The translations under genes were made by a program, and so were the position numbers. A DNA stretch of 64,000 bases from Ignavibacteria bacterium. GTDB lineage: Bacteria; Bacteroidota; Ignavibacteria; UBA10030. The notes under the pieces are model-generated. The model was not told the origin of the DNA. It ran no database searches and saw only the letters and a program-made list of their open reading frames with translations. Position 1 is the stretch's first letter; each line of letters starts with the position of its first letter. Below are positions 28,968-39,733 of the stretch, one piece after another. The stretch spans positions 59,593 through 123,592 of the forward strand of contig VGVZ01000005.1 of the NCBI GenBank assembly GCA_016873805.1. Direction: 5' to 3'.

Positions 28968-30072
28968 ATGTTCGAGGAGTTGAAAGAACGGCTGGAGGAG
29001 GAAAGGAATCGATTGCAGGCCCTGCGGGGGTTTCTTTGACCTCGATGTCAAAGAAAAAGAATACCAGGAACTCCAGCAAAAGACCGCTGCCCCGGAATTC
29101 TGGGATGACAATGTTTCGGCGCAGAAGATCATCCAGGAGATGAACTCCAGAAAAGAATGGATCGACCAATGGAAAGCACTTTCCGCGCGAGCCGAGGAGA
29201 TTTCCGTCCTCATTGAGCTCGGAGAGGAAGCCAACGATACCGGGACGGCGGACGAAGTGGAGCGAGATCTCGATTTGTTGCAGCAGGGGATCACTGATCT
29301 GGAATTCCTGAATATGCTGAGCGGCGAGGATGATGAGAAGAATGCTCTGCTGACGATTCATTCAGGCGCCGGAGGAACTGAATCGCAGGACTGGGCGGAA
29401 ATGCTGCTGCGGATGTACACCCGATGGTGCGAGCGGAACAAGTTCAAAGTCAATCTCGTCGACTTGCTGGAAGGGGAAGGAGCGGGCATCAAAAGCGCGA
29501 CGCTCGAGGTTGTCGGCAAATATGCGTACGGGTATCTCAAAGCTGAAAATGGTGTCCACCGCTTAGTGCGGATCTCTCCGTTCGATGCGAATGCCCGCCG
29601 TCATACCTCGTTTGCGTCAGTATTCGTCTACCCTGAAATTGAGGATGATATTGAAATTGAGATTAATCCCGCGGATCTGAAGATCGATACCTACCGTTCC
29701 GGCGGGAAAGGGGGGCAGAATGTGAACAAGGTGGAGACAGCCGTTCGGATCACTCACGTGCCATCCGGCGTTGTCGTTGCCTGTCAGCAGGAACGATCGC
29801 AGCACCAGAATCGCGAGCGAGCGATGAAGATGCTGAAGTCGCGATTGTATCAACTCCGTCGGGACGAAGAAGAGGCACGGATGAACGCGCTGGAAAGCAC
29901 GAAGAAGAAGATTGAGTGGGGGAGCCAGATCCGCTCCTATACCTTCCAGCCGTATACGCTGGTCAAGGACCATCGCACGGGGTACGAGACCGGTAACGTC
30001 CAGGCCGTGATGGATGGTCACATCGATGAATTCATCAGAAGCTATCTGCTTGAGCAAAGTAGCACGAAATAG
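28968..30072 (+). CDS. prfB: Peptide chain release factor 2 with +1 programmed frameshift
   Basis: ATG 28968 runs to CTT-TGA-C (29034-29040) preceded by GGGGG; +1 frame has SPF and GGQ motifs. Confidence 0.96.
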
Positions 30073-30108
30073 CGGTTCCGCCGACGTGCATCTACCATAG
30101 GACCAACG

Positions 30109-31332
30109 ATGCGGTTTTCGCTCTTTGTCGCGCGTCGATATTTGCGCTCCCGCCACCATCGAGGCTTCATTTCGTTCATTACTGGCATCGCCATCATCGG
30201 TGTCGCGTTGGGCGTTGCCACTCTCATCATCACACTCTCCATCCTCCGGGGATTTGAGCGAACGATCAGGGACAATGTGGTCAGCTTCACGGCCCACATG
30301 CAGTTGTTTGGATTCTCGAACCTGCCTCTCCAAAACCCGGAATTTGCCGTGCAGCGCGTCAAGGAACGATTCCCGGAGGTAAGAGAAATCGCTCCCTATG
30401 TTGCTCGGGAAGCGTTGATCCGATCGTCGGTCGACATCGACGGAATCATCCTGAAGGGCGTGGATCCGGAGAATGATATCTCTGCGGCACGATACCGGCT
30501 TGCCGGGGGGGTCTATGATTTGAAGGAGCGGGGGGGGAGTATCCAACCAATTATCCTCGGCAAACGACTCGCAGAGAAGCTGGAGACTGTGGTCGGTGAT
30601 ACGGTCCTTGTCTTTGCGCTTGGTGGGCTGACGATATCGATGGCCGAGACCCGTGTCATGGCGTTCGAAGTGGTGGGCACCTTTGACACTGGGATGGCGG
30701 AATACGATGCGAGCTACGCCTATGTTCCACTTGCATCGACGCAGCGGCTCTTCCAGTTTGGACGGGCGATTTCTGGTTTTGACATCCTCGTCCATGATCT
30801 GGCCCGACTCGATGCGCTCTCGGAGGAAATCCCTTCCGATCTCGGCTATCCGTACTATGCACGCACGATGTATCAGATATATCGCAATCTCTTTGCGTGG
30901 GTCGATCTCCAGAAGAAGCCGGTGCCGATCATCCTGGGGCTGATCATCGTTGTCGCGACGGTCAACATTATCGGGACGTTGTTGATGATGGTGATGGAAA
31001 AGAGCATGGATATCGGCGTCCTCCGGACGTTGGGGGCGGATCGGCGAACGATCAAGAATGTCTTCCTCCTCCAGGGGATGATTATCGGGGTGGTCGGCAC
31101 GTTGATCGGAAATCTCTTGGGATATCTCCTTGTCCTGGTCGAAATGGAATACAAGCTGATATCCCTACCGTCCGCGATCTATTACATGTCGAGCGTTCCA
31201 ATTGAACTCTCGGCGCTGAATTTCTATCTCGTGAGTGCAGTTGCACTCGTCCTTTGTTTCTTTTCCTCGGTTGTACCGGCACGGATCGCGAGCGGCTTGG
31301 ATCCTGTGAGACTATTCAAGTTTGGAAAATGA
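30109..31332 (+). CDS. Lipoprotein-releasing ABC permease LolC/LolE family
   Basis: VARRYLRS, GVATLIITLSILRGF, IGVLRTLGA, PARIASGLDPV. Confidence 0.9.
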   Translation: MRFSLFVARRYLRSRHHRGFISFITGIAIIGVALGVATLIITLSILRGFERTIRDNVVSFTAHMQLFGFSNLPLQNPEFAVQRVKERFPEVREIAPYVAREALIRSSVDIDGIILKGVDPENDISAARYRLAGGVYDLKERGGSIQPIILGKRLAEKLETVVGDTVLVFALGGLTISMAETRVMAFEVVGTFDTGMAEYDASYAYVPLASTQRLFQFGRAISGFDILVHDLARLDALSEEIPSDLGYPYYARTMYQIYRNLFAWVDLQKKPVPIILGLIIVVATVNIIGTLLMMVMEKSMDIGVLRTLGADRRTIKNVFLLQGMIIGVVGTLIGNLLGYLLVLVEMEYKLISLPSAIYYMSSVPIELSALNFYLVSAVALVLCFFSSVVPARIASGLDPVRLFKFGK

Positions 31333-32555
31333 ATGTTGCGAGAGTCATAGCGCTCCGATACCTGTTTTCGCGCGAGCGATTAGGATTTGTAAACGCGATT
31401 TCGATCATCTCGATTGTCGGTGTCACGATTGGGGTGGCCGCCCTCATCGTCGTCCTGTCGGTGTTCAACGGTTTCAATGGCCTCGTGACGTCGATTCTGG
31501 TGAATTTCGATCCACACGTACGCGTGGAACGACCGATCCGCGGAGATGCCGGTTCGTACGAAGAGGTTCAAGAGTTCCTCAGCCAAGAGAGGGACGTGGC
31601 GGTCTTTGCACCGTATGTGAGCGGGAAGGCCCTGATCGTTTCGAAGAATGTGAATCGGGTGGTGAACATCAAGGGAATCGATGCCGAAAAAACACGCCGT
31701 GCAACGGGACTTGCGGATCGGATCGTGCTCGGCGCATTAAGCTTCGAGGATCGCAATGTCAACGGGATCGTGTTGGGGCTCACGCTGGCTGACCGGCTGG
31801 GATCGGTTGTCGGCGATACGCTCGTCATGGTCAGCCCCGCGGGATCCGAGCCGGCGTTGCTCCAGATGGGTCAACCTCTGATCCGGAAATTCATTGTCGC
31901 TGGCATCTATGAATCAAACAACAAAGAGTACGACGGATACTATGCGTATGTGTCCTTGCCGATTGCGCAAGAATTTTTCAAATTGGGTGAGAAGATTCAT
32001 GGCTTCGAGATCCGGCTCCGGCGCTTTGAGGACTCATATGCGTTCAAAGAGACGCTGACGGAACGATTCGGTGATGCGTATCGAGTCCTTTCCTGGTATG
32101 ACCTTCATCGGGATCTGTTCACCGTCATGCAGATTGAGCGTTGGATCGCATATCTGATTCTCTCCCTCATTGTCGGCGTTGCTTCCTTCAACTTGCTTGG
32201 CTCCTTGACCATGTCTGTCATCGAAAAAACACGGGATATCGGTGTACTGCGGGCCATGGGTACGACGCGGCAAACCGTAACGCTCGTATTCATGTTGCAG
32301 GGGGTATTTGTGGGAATCCTGGGTGCCGCGACTGGTCTCACCCTCGGGATGGGACTCCTGTATCTGCAGAGGGAATATCATCTCTTCCCGCTCGATCCAT
32401 CCGTGTACATCATTCCGGCGATTCCGGTCCAGATCGTGTGGTCCGATATTCTTCTGGTCACAGCCACTGCGCTCGTGTTTTGTTCGTTGGCCGCATGGTA
32501 TCCGGCTCGCCGTGCCGCAACTCTCATACCTGCCGAGGCTATCCGATGGGAGTAA
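31329..32555 (+). CDS. Lipoprotein-releasing ABC permease LolC/LolE family
   Basis: IALRYLFS, GVAALIVVLSVFNGF, EKTRDIGVLRAMG, YPARRAA. Confidence 0.9.
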   Translation: MNVARVIALRYLFSRERLGFVNAISIISIVGVTIGVAALIVVLSVFNGFNGLVTSILVNFDPHVRVERPIRGDAGSYEEVQEFLSQERDVAVFAPYVSGKALIVSKNVNRVVNIKGIDAEKTRRATGLADRIVLGALSFEDRNVNGIVLGLTLADRLGSVVGDTLVMVSPAGSEPALLQMGQPLIRKFIVAGIYESNNKEYDGYYAYVSLPIAQEFFKLGEKIHGFEIRLRRFEDSYAFKETLTERFGDAYRVLSWYDLHRDLFTVMQIERWIAYLILSLIVGVASFNLLGSLTMSVIEKTRDIGVLRAMGTTRQTVTLVFMLQGVFVGILGAATGLTLGMGLLYLQREYHLFPLDPSVYIIPAIPVQIVWSDILLVTATALVFCSLAAWYPARRAATLIPAEAIRWE

Positions 32556-33247
32556 CGAAGAAAAGAGAGCTTCTGCGCGCTACCGGTGTCGTGAAGGAAT
32601 TTCCTACGGGACGTGACCAAACGCTTCTTGTCCTCCGCGGTTTGGAGCTCACCGTCACGGAAGGGGAGTTCCTCATCATAGTCGGTCCGTCCGGTTCGGG
32701 GAAGAGCACGCTGCTTCACATTCTTGGAGGGTTGGAGCGTCCGACATCGGGCGAGGTCTTCATTGAGGGAGAGAACCTTTTTGCATTTCCCGACGATGCG
32801 CTCGCGAGTTTTCGCAATGGCAGTCTGGGATTCATTTTTCAGTTTCACCATCTCCTTCCGGAATTCACGGCGCTTGAAAATGTTCTCATGCCCGCGTTGA
32901 TTCGCAAAGAATCATTGTCTCATGCGCGCGAGCGGGGCAAGCACCTTCTCGCCGAAGTCGGTCTGGCCGACCGGTTGAACCATCGGCCGGTCGAGCTGTC
33001 GGGTGGTGAACAGCAGCGCGTTGCAGTGGCGCGGGCACTCATCAACGAGCCTCGGCTTGTCCTGGCTGATGAGCCTTCCGGAAATCTGGACGTGGAAAAT
33101 GGGAATCGTCTTCACCAGCTGATCATGGATATGTCGCGTCGGAAGGGAACTACGTTTGTTATTGCGACTCACAACCCGGATCTGACAACCCGGGGAGATC
33201 GTGTCATGCGGTTGAGCGAAGGGAAACTTACGAACGTCGTGGAATAA
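32546..33247 (+). CDS. lolD: Lipoprotein-releasing ABC ATP-binding protein
   Basis: [22 protein letters not shown] LolD motif, [19 protein letters not shown]. Confidence 0.92.
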   Translation: MGVTKKRELLRATGVVKEFPTGRDQTLLVLRGLELTVTEGEFLIIVGPSGSGKSTLLHILGGLERPTSGEVFIEGENLFAFPDDALASFRNGSLGFIFQFHHLLPEFTALENVLMPALIRKESLSHARERGKHLLAEVGLADRLNHRPVELSGGEQQRVAVARALINEPRLVLADEPSGNLDVENGNRLHQLIMDMSRRKGTTFVIATHNPDLTTRGDRVMRLSEGKLTNVVE

Positions 33248-33275
33248 AAATTTTTTACTGGATAAATTTTTTCCC

Positions 33276-33304
33276 TTGACATTGCAGACAAATCATATCA
33301 TATT
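33276..33304 (+). promoter_or_regulatory. Putative promoter with AT-rich upstream element
   Basis: TTGACA-N17-CATATT preceded by AT tracts at 33245-33272. Confidence 0.65.
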
Positions 33305-33310
33305 TCGTCC

Positions 33311-33393
33311 GACCTCAACAACAGTTTCTCCCCTGACTGTTGTTCATTCCATGGTCAAGCCCGGCGTTCCCCCCCAACGCTGGGCTTTTTGTT
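33311..33393 (+). ncRNA. Candidate sRNA/attenuator with two C-rich loops and intrinsic terminator
   Basis: Stems 33317-33325/33336-33344 and 33357-33368/33376-33387 plus T tract. Confidence 0.5.
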
Positions 33394-33414
33394 ACAACGG
33401 AGAAGAACCAATCT

Positions 33415-33663
33415 ATGGGCCGTCAGGAACGAATGACATCGAAAAAGGCAATCCCTGAAGTTTTGCCATTCACGAAAACGAACTACTTCATCCTGCTCGC
33501 AGGGATTGTGTGTATCGTGTTCGGATACCTTGCGCTCTCGACAGAGCCGTGGGACGGATCGATGGCGCTGGTCGTGGCGCCGATCCTCCTGGTTCTGGGG
33601 TATTGCGTTGTGATTCCCGTCGGCATCATGTATCGGAAGAAATCCGTCCAGGAATCTTCATAA
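33415..33663 (+). CDS. Small two-TM membrane protein (DUF3098-like)
   Basis: PFTKTNYFILLAGI..GY, VAPILLVLGY.VIP.GI pattern; GGAGAA SD. Confidence 0.7.
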   Translation: MGRQERMTSKKAIPEVLPFTKTNYFILLAGIVCIVFGYLALSTEPWDGSMALVVAPILLVLGYCVVIPVGIMYRKKSVQESS

Positions 33664-33696
33664 GAGCGCGGATGCGCGGTGAGAAGACCCCCGGTT

Positions 33697-33725
33697 TTGT
33701 AAAAGTTGCTGTTTGTTGATATATT
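33697..33725 (+). promoter_or_regulatory. Putative promoter for tRNA-Lys/tRNA-Leu
   Basis: TTGTAA-N17-TATATT. Confidence 0.6.
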
Positions 33726-33756
33726 AGATGAGTGCTACACCGTAACGCGATCCGAA

Positions 33757-33828
33757 GGGCGTGTAGCTCAGGGGTAGAGCATCTGCCTTTTAAGCAGAGG
33801 GTCGATGGTTCGAATCCATCCACGCTCA
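33757..33828 (+). tRNA. tRNA-Lys (TTT)
   Basis: GGGCGTG/CACGCTC acceptor, TCTGC-CTTTTAA-GCAGA anticodon arm, GGTTCGAATCC. Confidence 0.95.
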
Positions 33829-33885
33829 CGAATCAAACCCGACGCTGATCGATCATGTGATAACATACGTGGTATTTATTTCAGT

Positions 33886-33969
33886 GCCCGGATGGTGGAA
33901 CTGGCAGACACACCGTCTTGAGGGGGCGGCGCCCGAAAGGGCATGCGAGTTCAAGTCTCGCTCCGGGCA
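33886..33969 (+). tRNA. tRNA-Leu (GAG)
   Basis: GCCCGGA/TCCGGGC acceptor, CCGTC-TTGAGGG-GGCGG, long variable arm GCCCGAAAGGGC, GTTCAAG. Confidence 0.95.
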
Positions 33970-34011
33970 CTCCACCAATTTCAATTCAGCTATGAGGAGG
34001 GTGATGACATC

Positions 34012-34779
34012 ATGAGGCTTTCTCTCCGTGTCTTCTGCTTCGCTCTTGCACTGGGTGTTGTTGCCGCGTGTTCGACGGCCATCGCCCAGGAGAAGAACGA
34101 CGCGGATAAACTATACAATGAGGGAAACGCGCGATACAAGTCGGGTAACTATCAGGGCGCGATCGAGAAGTACACCGAAGCGTTGAACATCGTTGGCGAT
34201 TATCGCTACCACTATCAGCGCGGGTTGAGCTACAAAAACAGCCGCCAATACGACAGGGCCGTCTCAGATTTTGAGGCCGCCATCAGCCTGAAGAAGGATT
34301 TCGCAATCGGTTTCAATGCCCTTGGTGGCGTCCATCTTCTGGTCGGCGACTACGACAAATCAATCGAATCCTTCAAACTTGCCGCGAAGAACGACCCACG
34401 GCTCGATCGATCCCGAAAAGGAATTGGTGAGGCCTATGCCGGGAAGGCCCAACAACTTCTCGACGCCGGGAAGTTTGAAGGCGCGGGCGTGCTGCTGGAT
34501 GAAGCACTGACCGAACATTCCGAAAACGCGAAGCTCTACCTCATTGCCGCCAGAGTCTACAACAGACTCGAGAACGCGGAAAAGTCGATCAGCTCCGCTC
34601 AAGAGGCGATCAAGCTGAAGAAACGGGGAGCGATGGGAGCCGAGTACTTCGAGCTTGGCATCGGATACAAAAAGCTCAATGATTTCGAGAAAGCACGAGC
34701 CGCCTTCATGGAGGCGAAGAAAGACCCGACCTATAGCCGAAACGCGCAGTACGAGCTCGATGGATTGAAGGGAAGATAG
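34012..34779 (+). CDS. Exported tetratricopeptide repeat protein
   Basis: Signal peptide, then TPR repeats (YNEGNARYKSGNYQGAIEKY..AL; YQRGLSY..YDRAVSDF). Confidence 0.85.
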   Translation: MRLSLRVFCFALALGVVAACSTAIAQEKNDADKLYNEGNARYKSGNYQGAIEKYTEALNIVGDYRYHYQRGLSYKNSRQYDRAVSDFEAAISLKKDFAIGFNALGGVHLLVGDYDKSIESFKLAAKNDPRLDRSRKGIGEAYAGKAQQLLDAGKFEGAGVLLDEALTEHSENAKLYLIAARVYNRLENAEKSISSAQEAIKLKKRGAMGAEYFELGIGYKKLNDFEKARAAFMEAKKDPTYSRNAQYELDGLKGR

Positions 34780-34800
34780 CTGGCTGTTTCCTTGCATCGA

Positions 34801-34834
34801 AGAAGGGACGGTGATATCATCGTCCCTTTTTTTT
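34801..34834 (+). terminator. Intrinsic terminator
   Basis: AAGGGACGGTG / CATCGTCCCTT stem plus T tract. Confidence 0.8.
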
Positions 34835-34938
34835 GTTTCTCCGGCGATGACCTCTCGTTGACAGGTGGGATGGATGTTTTCGTGCCGTCCCCGTCAATTG
34901 ATTTTGGCAGCGAAAGATTGTACTTTTTCGAGCGCCAT

Positions 34939-35211
34939 ATGCAGAGCGCCGTCCATATCATTGTGAAAGGCCTTGTTCAGGGGGTCGGATTCCGATATTT
35001 CGTCTACCGGAAAGCCGTGTCGTACGGCCTGAAAGGATTTGTCCGCAATCTTGTGAACGGGGATGTGGAAATCGTAGCCGAGGGGGATCGTTCTCTTGTG
35101 GAAGAATTGATAAAAGACACCAAGGTGGGACCGCGCGCGGCGCACGTGCTCGATCTGAAGCTGGAATGGCAGAAGCCGACGGACTCCTATCGTGATTTTG
35201 GAATGGGATAA
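34939..35211 (+). CDS. acyP: Acylphosphatase
   Basis: [25 protein letters not shown]; promoter TTGATT-N17-TACTTT at 34898-34926. Confidence 0.92.
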   Translation: MQSAVHIIVKGLVQGVGFRYFVYRKAVSYGLKGFVRNLVNGDVEIVAEGDRSLVEELIKDTKVGPRAAHVLDLKLEWQKPTDSYRDFGMG

Positions 35212-35213
35212 TC

Positions 35214-35705
35214 ATGGCGCCGAACGACGTACGAATCGGCTTTGGATATGACGTTCATCGATTCACCCGCGGTCGTAAGCTTCGACTGGGGGGAGTGACG
35301 ATCCCGCACAACATGGGACTCGCAGGGCATTCCGACGCGGACGTTCTCCTCCATGCAATATGCGACGCTGTGCTCGGCGCGGCCGCGATGGGAGATATCG
35401 GCCGTCATTTTCCTGACACGGACACCAAATACAAAGGGATTGCAAGTCTCAGACTGCTCCGGGAGGTGAGGAACATTGTCCGTCGGAACAGTTTCGCAGT
35501 CGTCAACGTCGATAGCACGGTGGTGTTGGAAGCTCCCAAAATCGCCCCTCATGCGGAAAAGATGCGCCGGAACATTTCCCGTGCCCTTGGCATCGAGGAA
35601 GACCGGGTCTCGGTCAAGGCCTCGACGAATGAGACCCTGGGATTCGTCGGGAGGGGAGAGGGGTGTGCTGCCTTCGCTGTCGTCTCACTCAGGCAAACGA
35701 TCTGA
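35214..35705 (+). CDS. ispF: 2-C-methyl-D-erythritol 2,4-cyclodiphosphate synthase
   Basis: [45 protein letters not shown]. Confidence 0.96.
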   Translation: MAPNDVRIGFGYDVHRFTRGRKLRLGGVTIPHNMGLAGHSDADVLLHAICDAVLGAAAMGDIGRHFPDTDTKYKGIASLRLLREVRNIVRRNSFAVVNVDSTVVLEAPKIAPHAEKMRRNISRALGIEEDRVSVKASTNETLGFVGRGEGCAAFAVVSLRQTI

Positions 35706-35717
35706 ATTGGTCTGAAT

Positions 35718-36371
35718 GTGGAAGATCTCATTCACGCGCTTTCGACGCTTAATCCCGTTTGGATCTATTTTGCCGTTCTCGCCATAGCTTACCTCGAAAA
35801 CATCTTTCCCCCTTTTCCAAGTGATGTCATGATTGTCGCGGCTGGCTCCTTCGTCGGGTTCAGCCGGGTCGATTTCCTGACGTTGTGGATCTTCGCAACG
35901 GTGGGGAGCACTCTGGGATTCGTCTCGATGTTCTTGATTGGCCACTGGTTCGGCGACAAGATCTTGGAGGAGGGAAAGATCAAGTTCATCCCGCTCGACC
36001 AGTTGCATAAGGCCGAGGGATGGTTCCGAAAGCATGGCTACGCCCTCATCGTTGCCAATCGGTTTCTCGCAGGAACGAGAGCGATAGTCTCCTTTTTTGC
36101 CGGATTGTCGGAGCTCGTACTTTGGAAAACGACTGTCCTTTCGTTTCTGAGTTCGTTGATCTGGAACCTCATTCTGATTTACGCGGGCAAGGCGCTGGGC
36201 GATAGTTGGAAAGAAGTACCGTATTATCTCGAGGCGTATAGCACTTTCGTCACCACGGTGATTCTGGTGATTGTTCTTCTCCTGGTGGCGAAGTACATAT
36301 ACTCCCGACGCTCAACCAATGGAAATCGAGGAAGCGACGCCACATCGAAGGGGCAGAAACCGGACCGATGA
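35718..36371 (+). CDS. DedA family membrane protein
   Basis: LENIFPPFPSD, WFRKHG..IVANRFLAGTR. Confidence 0.9.
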   Translation: MEDLIHALSTLNPVWIYFAVLAIAYLENIFPPFPSDVMIVAAGSFVGFSRVDFLTLWIFATVGSTLGFVSMFLIGHWFGDKILEEGKIKFIPLDQLHKAEGWFRKHGYALIVANRFLAGTRAIVSFFAGLSELVLWKTTVLSFLSSLIWNLILIYAGKALGDSWKEVPYYLEAYSTFVTTVILVIVLLLVAKYIYSRRSTNGNRGSDATSKGQKPDR

Positions 36372-37000
36372 TGATGGAATTCCTGTATTCGATTGACAAA
36401 GCACTCTTTGTATTCTTCAATCAGACGCTCCAGAATTCTGTTCTCGATATTGTGATGCCGTTCTTGACGGACTTGAATAAAAGTCCCGTGGTCTTGGTAA
36501 CCGTCGGCGTCCTTTGGATTGCCCTATTGGTGAGGGGGGGAAGAAACGGAAGAGCCGCTGCCCTCCTCCTGGTGCCAACGATTGCCTTCAGCGACCAGCT
36601 CAACAGCTCTTACGTCAAGCACTTGTTTGAACGGATCCGTCCGTGTCACGTTCTGGATGACGTCCGCCTGCTTGTGAATTGCGGGAGTGGCTTTTCGTTT
36701 CCGTCATCTCATGCAGTGAACAACTTCGCCGGGGCATTTGTGCTGGCCTATTTCATTCCGCGAGGGGCCTGGGGATTCTGGATTTTTTCGTCTCTCGTGG
36801 CGTTCAGCCGAGTCTATGTGGGAGTCCACTATCCGGCGGATGTTGTTGCCGGCGCCCTGCTTGGCGTTGGGTGCGGTGCACTCGTCGTGATCGGATATGA
36901 GCGGATCGCAAAGGCGGTTCGCGACCGAAAAATATGTCAGCCTCAGGAACATGACATTTCGTCCGATGAAATTGATAACGCAGACAACAACGAGAAGTAA
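36368..37000 (+). CDS. PAP2 family phosphatase
   Basis: K..FERIRP, SFPSSHA, SRVYVGVHYPADV. Confidence 0.92.
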   Translation: MMMEFLYSIDKALFVFFNQTLQNSVLDIVMPFLTDLNKSPVVLVTVGVLWIALLVRGGRNGRAAALLLVPTIAFSDQLNSSYVKHLFERIRPCHVLDDVRLLVNCGSGFSFPSSHAVNNFAGAFVLAYFIPRGAWGFWIFSSLVAFSRVYVGVHYPADVVAGALLGVGCGALVVIGYERIAKAVRDRKICQPQEHDISSDEIDNADNNEK

Positions 37001-38630
37001 CGTCGTTCTGGCCGTGCTGTCGGGGATATTGCTCGGAGTCTCGTTCCCTCCTTCTCCGCTCTATTCGCTCGCGTACGTCGCGCTCATTCCTCTGATCTAC
37101 TTGCTGGATCGGATGGAGAATGCAAAGCAAGTGATCCGTTACAGCTATCTTGCGATGTTCGTGTTTCACGTGCTCACGCTCTACTGGGTGGGGGGGTTCA
37201 CCCACGGAAGCGACCCGTACCTGATGGCGGCCGGCACCGCACTGTTGATTGCACATCCCATGTTCTACTGGCTCCCCATTCTCGCCTATTGGTGGGTAAA
37301 GAACCGAGTGGGGGGATTGGCGGCGCTTCTGGCTTTTCCATTTTTCTGGATCACATACGAATACTCCCACTCGCTCTCCGAGTTCTCCTTCCCTTGGATT
37401 GCCCTGGGGAACAGTCAGGCAAACGAGGTATACCGCATTCAGATGGCCGAATTCACTTCCGTGTACGGTCTCTCGTTCGTGATTCTTTGCTTCAATGTCT
37501 TCGCGTACTGGTTGCTGGTGCAATTTATTACGAGGAAGGGGAAACTCTCCCTGCGATTCCTTCTGGGATCGGGCTTGGTGCTCTTCCTGTTCTATTTCGG
37601 ACCGTGGATTTACGGTTGGGTCGTTATCGAGTCGCAGGAGGCAACGCCCTCTGGAGTACCCGTGAAAACTGGGATTATTCAGCCGAACGTCGATCCGTGG
37701 GACAAGTGGGGAGAGGGATGGGGGTCAAAATGGGAATCGTATCATCGGCAGTTCAATCTCCTTCTGCCGACCCTCGAGCAACGAAGAGACGATTCGCTCG
37801 ATCTGCTGGTGTGGCCGGAGACGGCGATTCCCTTTCATGTGCTCCTGCCTCAGAACCGACCCTACCTTGAACAAATACGGGAGGGGATCCGAAGTTCCGG
37901 TGTGTCGCTCTTCACGGGCATTCCTTACGCGGAGTTCTTCGATCCCGGAAATGCCCCGGTGACGGCGAGGAGAGCTGCCGACGGAGAGCGCCTCGTCGAA
38001 TATTACAACTCGGCGACACTTTTCTCGCCGATGGAATCAACTTCTGTAGTTCACAAGAAAGTGGTGCTCGTACCGTTTGCAGAGCGAGTTCCGTATGCTG
38101 AGACCCTCACGTTCCTGGTTGAACCGCTGAAGTGGAACGTTGGAATCAGCGGGTGGGGAAAGGGGAAGGACCTCGTGATCTTCGCGATGCAGACGCGGCG
38201 GGGGGAGACGGTGCGATTCTCCGGGATGATCTGCTATGAATCAGTGTATCCCAACTTTGTGCGCCGTTTCGTGAAGAACGGAGCAGAATTCCTTATCATT
38301 GTGACGAACGACAGCTGGTGGGGCAATACGTCGGGCGCCTATCAACACGCTGCCTATGCTTCTCTGCGGGCAGTCGAGAATCGTCGGTGGATCGTCCGAT
38401 CAGCGAACGGGGGGATTTCTGCGTTTGTCGATCCGTGGGGGCGGAGGTACTTGCAGACGAAGATGTATGCTTCGGCAGATATTGCTCATCCGATCTACGC
38501 GAGAGACGACGAGACGTTCTACGCACGCCACGGTGATGTCTTTGCATTGGTCTGCGCCGGTCTGTCCGGCGGCATCATTCTTCTTACGCTCGTGTTTCGC
38601 CGAAAGCGAGGAGTTGACGTTGAATGCTGA
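36966..38630 (+). CDS. lnt: Apolipoprotein N-acyltransferase
   Basis: FPW..LG, QPNV, VWPETA, K..LVPFAE, MICYES, VTNDSWW, RAVENRR, ANGGIS. Confidence 0.93.
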   Translation: MKLITQTTTRSNVVLAVLSGILLGVSFPPSPLYSLAYVALIPLIYLLDRMENAKQVIRYSYLAMFVFHVLTLYWVGGFTHGSDPYLMAAGTALLIAHPMFYWLPILAYWWVKNRVGGLAALLAFPFFWITYEYSHSLSEFSFPWIALGNSQANEVYRIQMAEFTSVYGLSFVILCFNVFAYWLLVQFITRKGKLSLRFLLGSGLVLFLFYFGPWIYGWVVIESQEATPSGVPVKTGIIQPNVDPWDKWGEGWGSKWESYHRQFNLLLPTLEQRRDDSLDLLVWPETAIPFHVLLPQNRPYLEQIREGIRSSGVSLFTGIPYAEFFDPGNAPVTARRAADGERLVEYYNSATLFSPMESTSVVHKKVVLVPFAERVPYAETLTFLVEPLKWNVGISGWGKGKDLVIFAMQTRRGETVRFSGMICYESVYPNFVRRFVKNGAEFLIIVTNDSWWGNTSGAYQHAAYASLRAVENRRWIVRSANGGISAFVDPWGRRYLQTKMYASADIAHPIYARDDETFYARHGDVFALVCAGLSGGIILLTLVFRRKRGVDVEC

Positions 38631-39660
38631 CAGAGTAATAGACCTTCGGAGTGATACCGTTACGAGGCCGACGCGGAACATGCGCGACGCCATGGCGCGT
38701 GCGGAGGTGGGTGACGATGTGTTCGGCGAAGATCCGACCGTGAACGCACTGCAAGAGAAGCTTGCAGGATTGTTCGGCATGGAAGCTGCGATCTTCGTTC
38801 CATCCGGGGTGATGGCTAATCAGTTGGCGATCAAGGTCCACACCCAACCAGGCAACGAGATTATAGTCGAGTGGGAGTCCCACATCTTCAACTACGAGAC
38901 TGCCGGTCCATCACTCCTCTCAGGTGTCCAGATGTTCCCCCTGAAGGGGGAGCGCGGCATCATTTCGGCTGAGCAAGTCGCACAAGCCATTCGTCCGGCG
39001 GCGTACTATATGCCGCGCACGACACTGATCTGTCTGGAAAATACACACAACATGGCGGGTGGAATGATCTATCCGATCGACCAGATCGGCGAGATCAGTG
39101 TCCTGGCGAAAGCAAGGGGGATCCGTCTTCATCTCGACGGGGCGCGTCTGTGGAATGCGTGTGTCGCAACGGGGAATTCCCCCCGCGCGTACGCGCGGTA
39201 CGTCGATTCAGTGGCCGTTTGCTTTTCCAAGGGGCTGGGTGCGCCCATTGGCTCGGCGCTCGTCGGCTCACGCGAGGCAATCGAACGAGCACGAACCTAT
39301 CGAAAGATTTTTGGCGGTGGTATGCGACAGGTGGGTGTGATTGCGTCTGCTGCCGCCTACGCCATGGAGCACCACGTCGATCGTCTCAAAGACGATCACG
39401 AGAACGCTCGCGCCCTCGCAGCCGGTATTGCGGGTCTCGATTGGCTTGCCCTGGACGTCGAGTCCGTGCAGACCAATATTCTCATCATCGACGTTTCGCG
39501 ATCCGGTCAAACGGCTGAGACAGTCATTGAAAAGATGCGTGCGGACCATGTGCTCCTTTCGCCGGCAGGTTCACATCGGATCCGAGCGGTGACACACCTC
39601 GATGTAACGCGCGAAGACATCGAGAACGCAATTCGTTCCTTCAAGAACCTCTCATTCTGA
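38620..39660 (+). CDS. ltaE: Low-specificity L-threonine aldolase
   Basis: [49 protein letters not shown]. Confidence 0.93.
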   Translation: MNADRVIDLRSDTVTRPTRNMRDAMARAEVGDDVFGEDPTVNALQEKLAGLFGMEAAIFVPSGVMANQLAIKVHTQPGNEIIVEWESHIFNYETAGPSLLSGVQMFPLKGERGIISAEQVAQAIRPAAYYMPRTTLICLENTHNMAGGMIYPIDQIGEISVLAKARGIRLHLDGARLWNACVATGNSPRAYARYVDSVAVCFSKGLGAPIGSALVGSREAIERARTYRKIFGGGMRQVGVIASAAAYAMEHHVDRLKDDHENARALAAGIAGLDWLALDVESVQTNILIIDVSRSGQTAETVIEKMRADHVLLSPAGSHRIRAVTHLDVTREDIENAIRSFKNLSF

Positions 39661-39733
39661 TCCGGTGTTGAGACGATCCAACGAGTGGATTCTTGATCAA
39701 CTCTCATTCTGAACAATGGAGGGGGACTTCACG

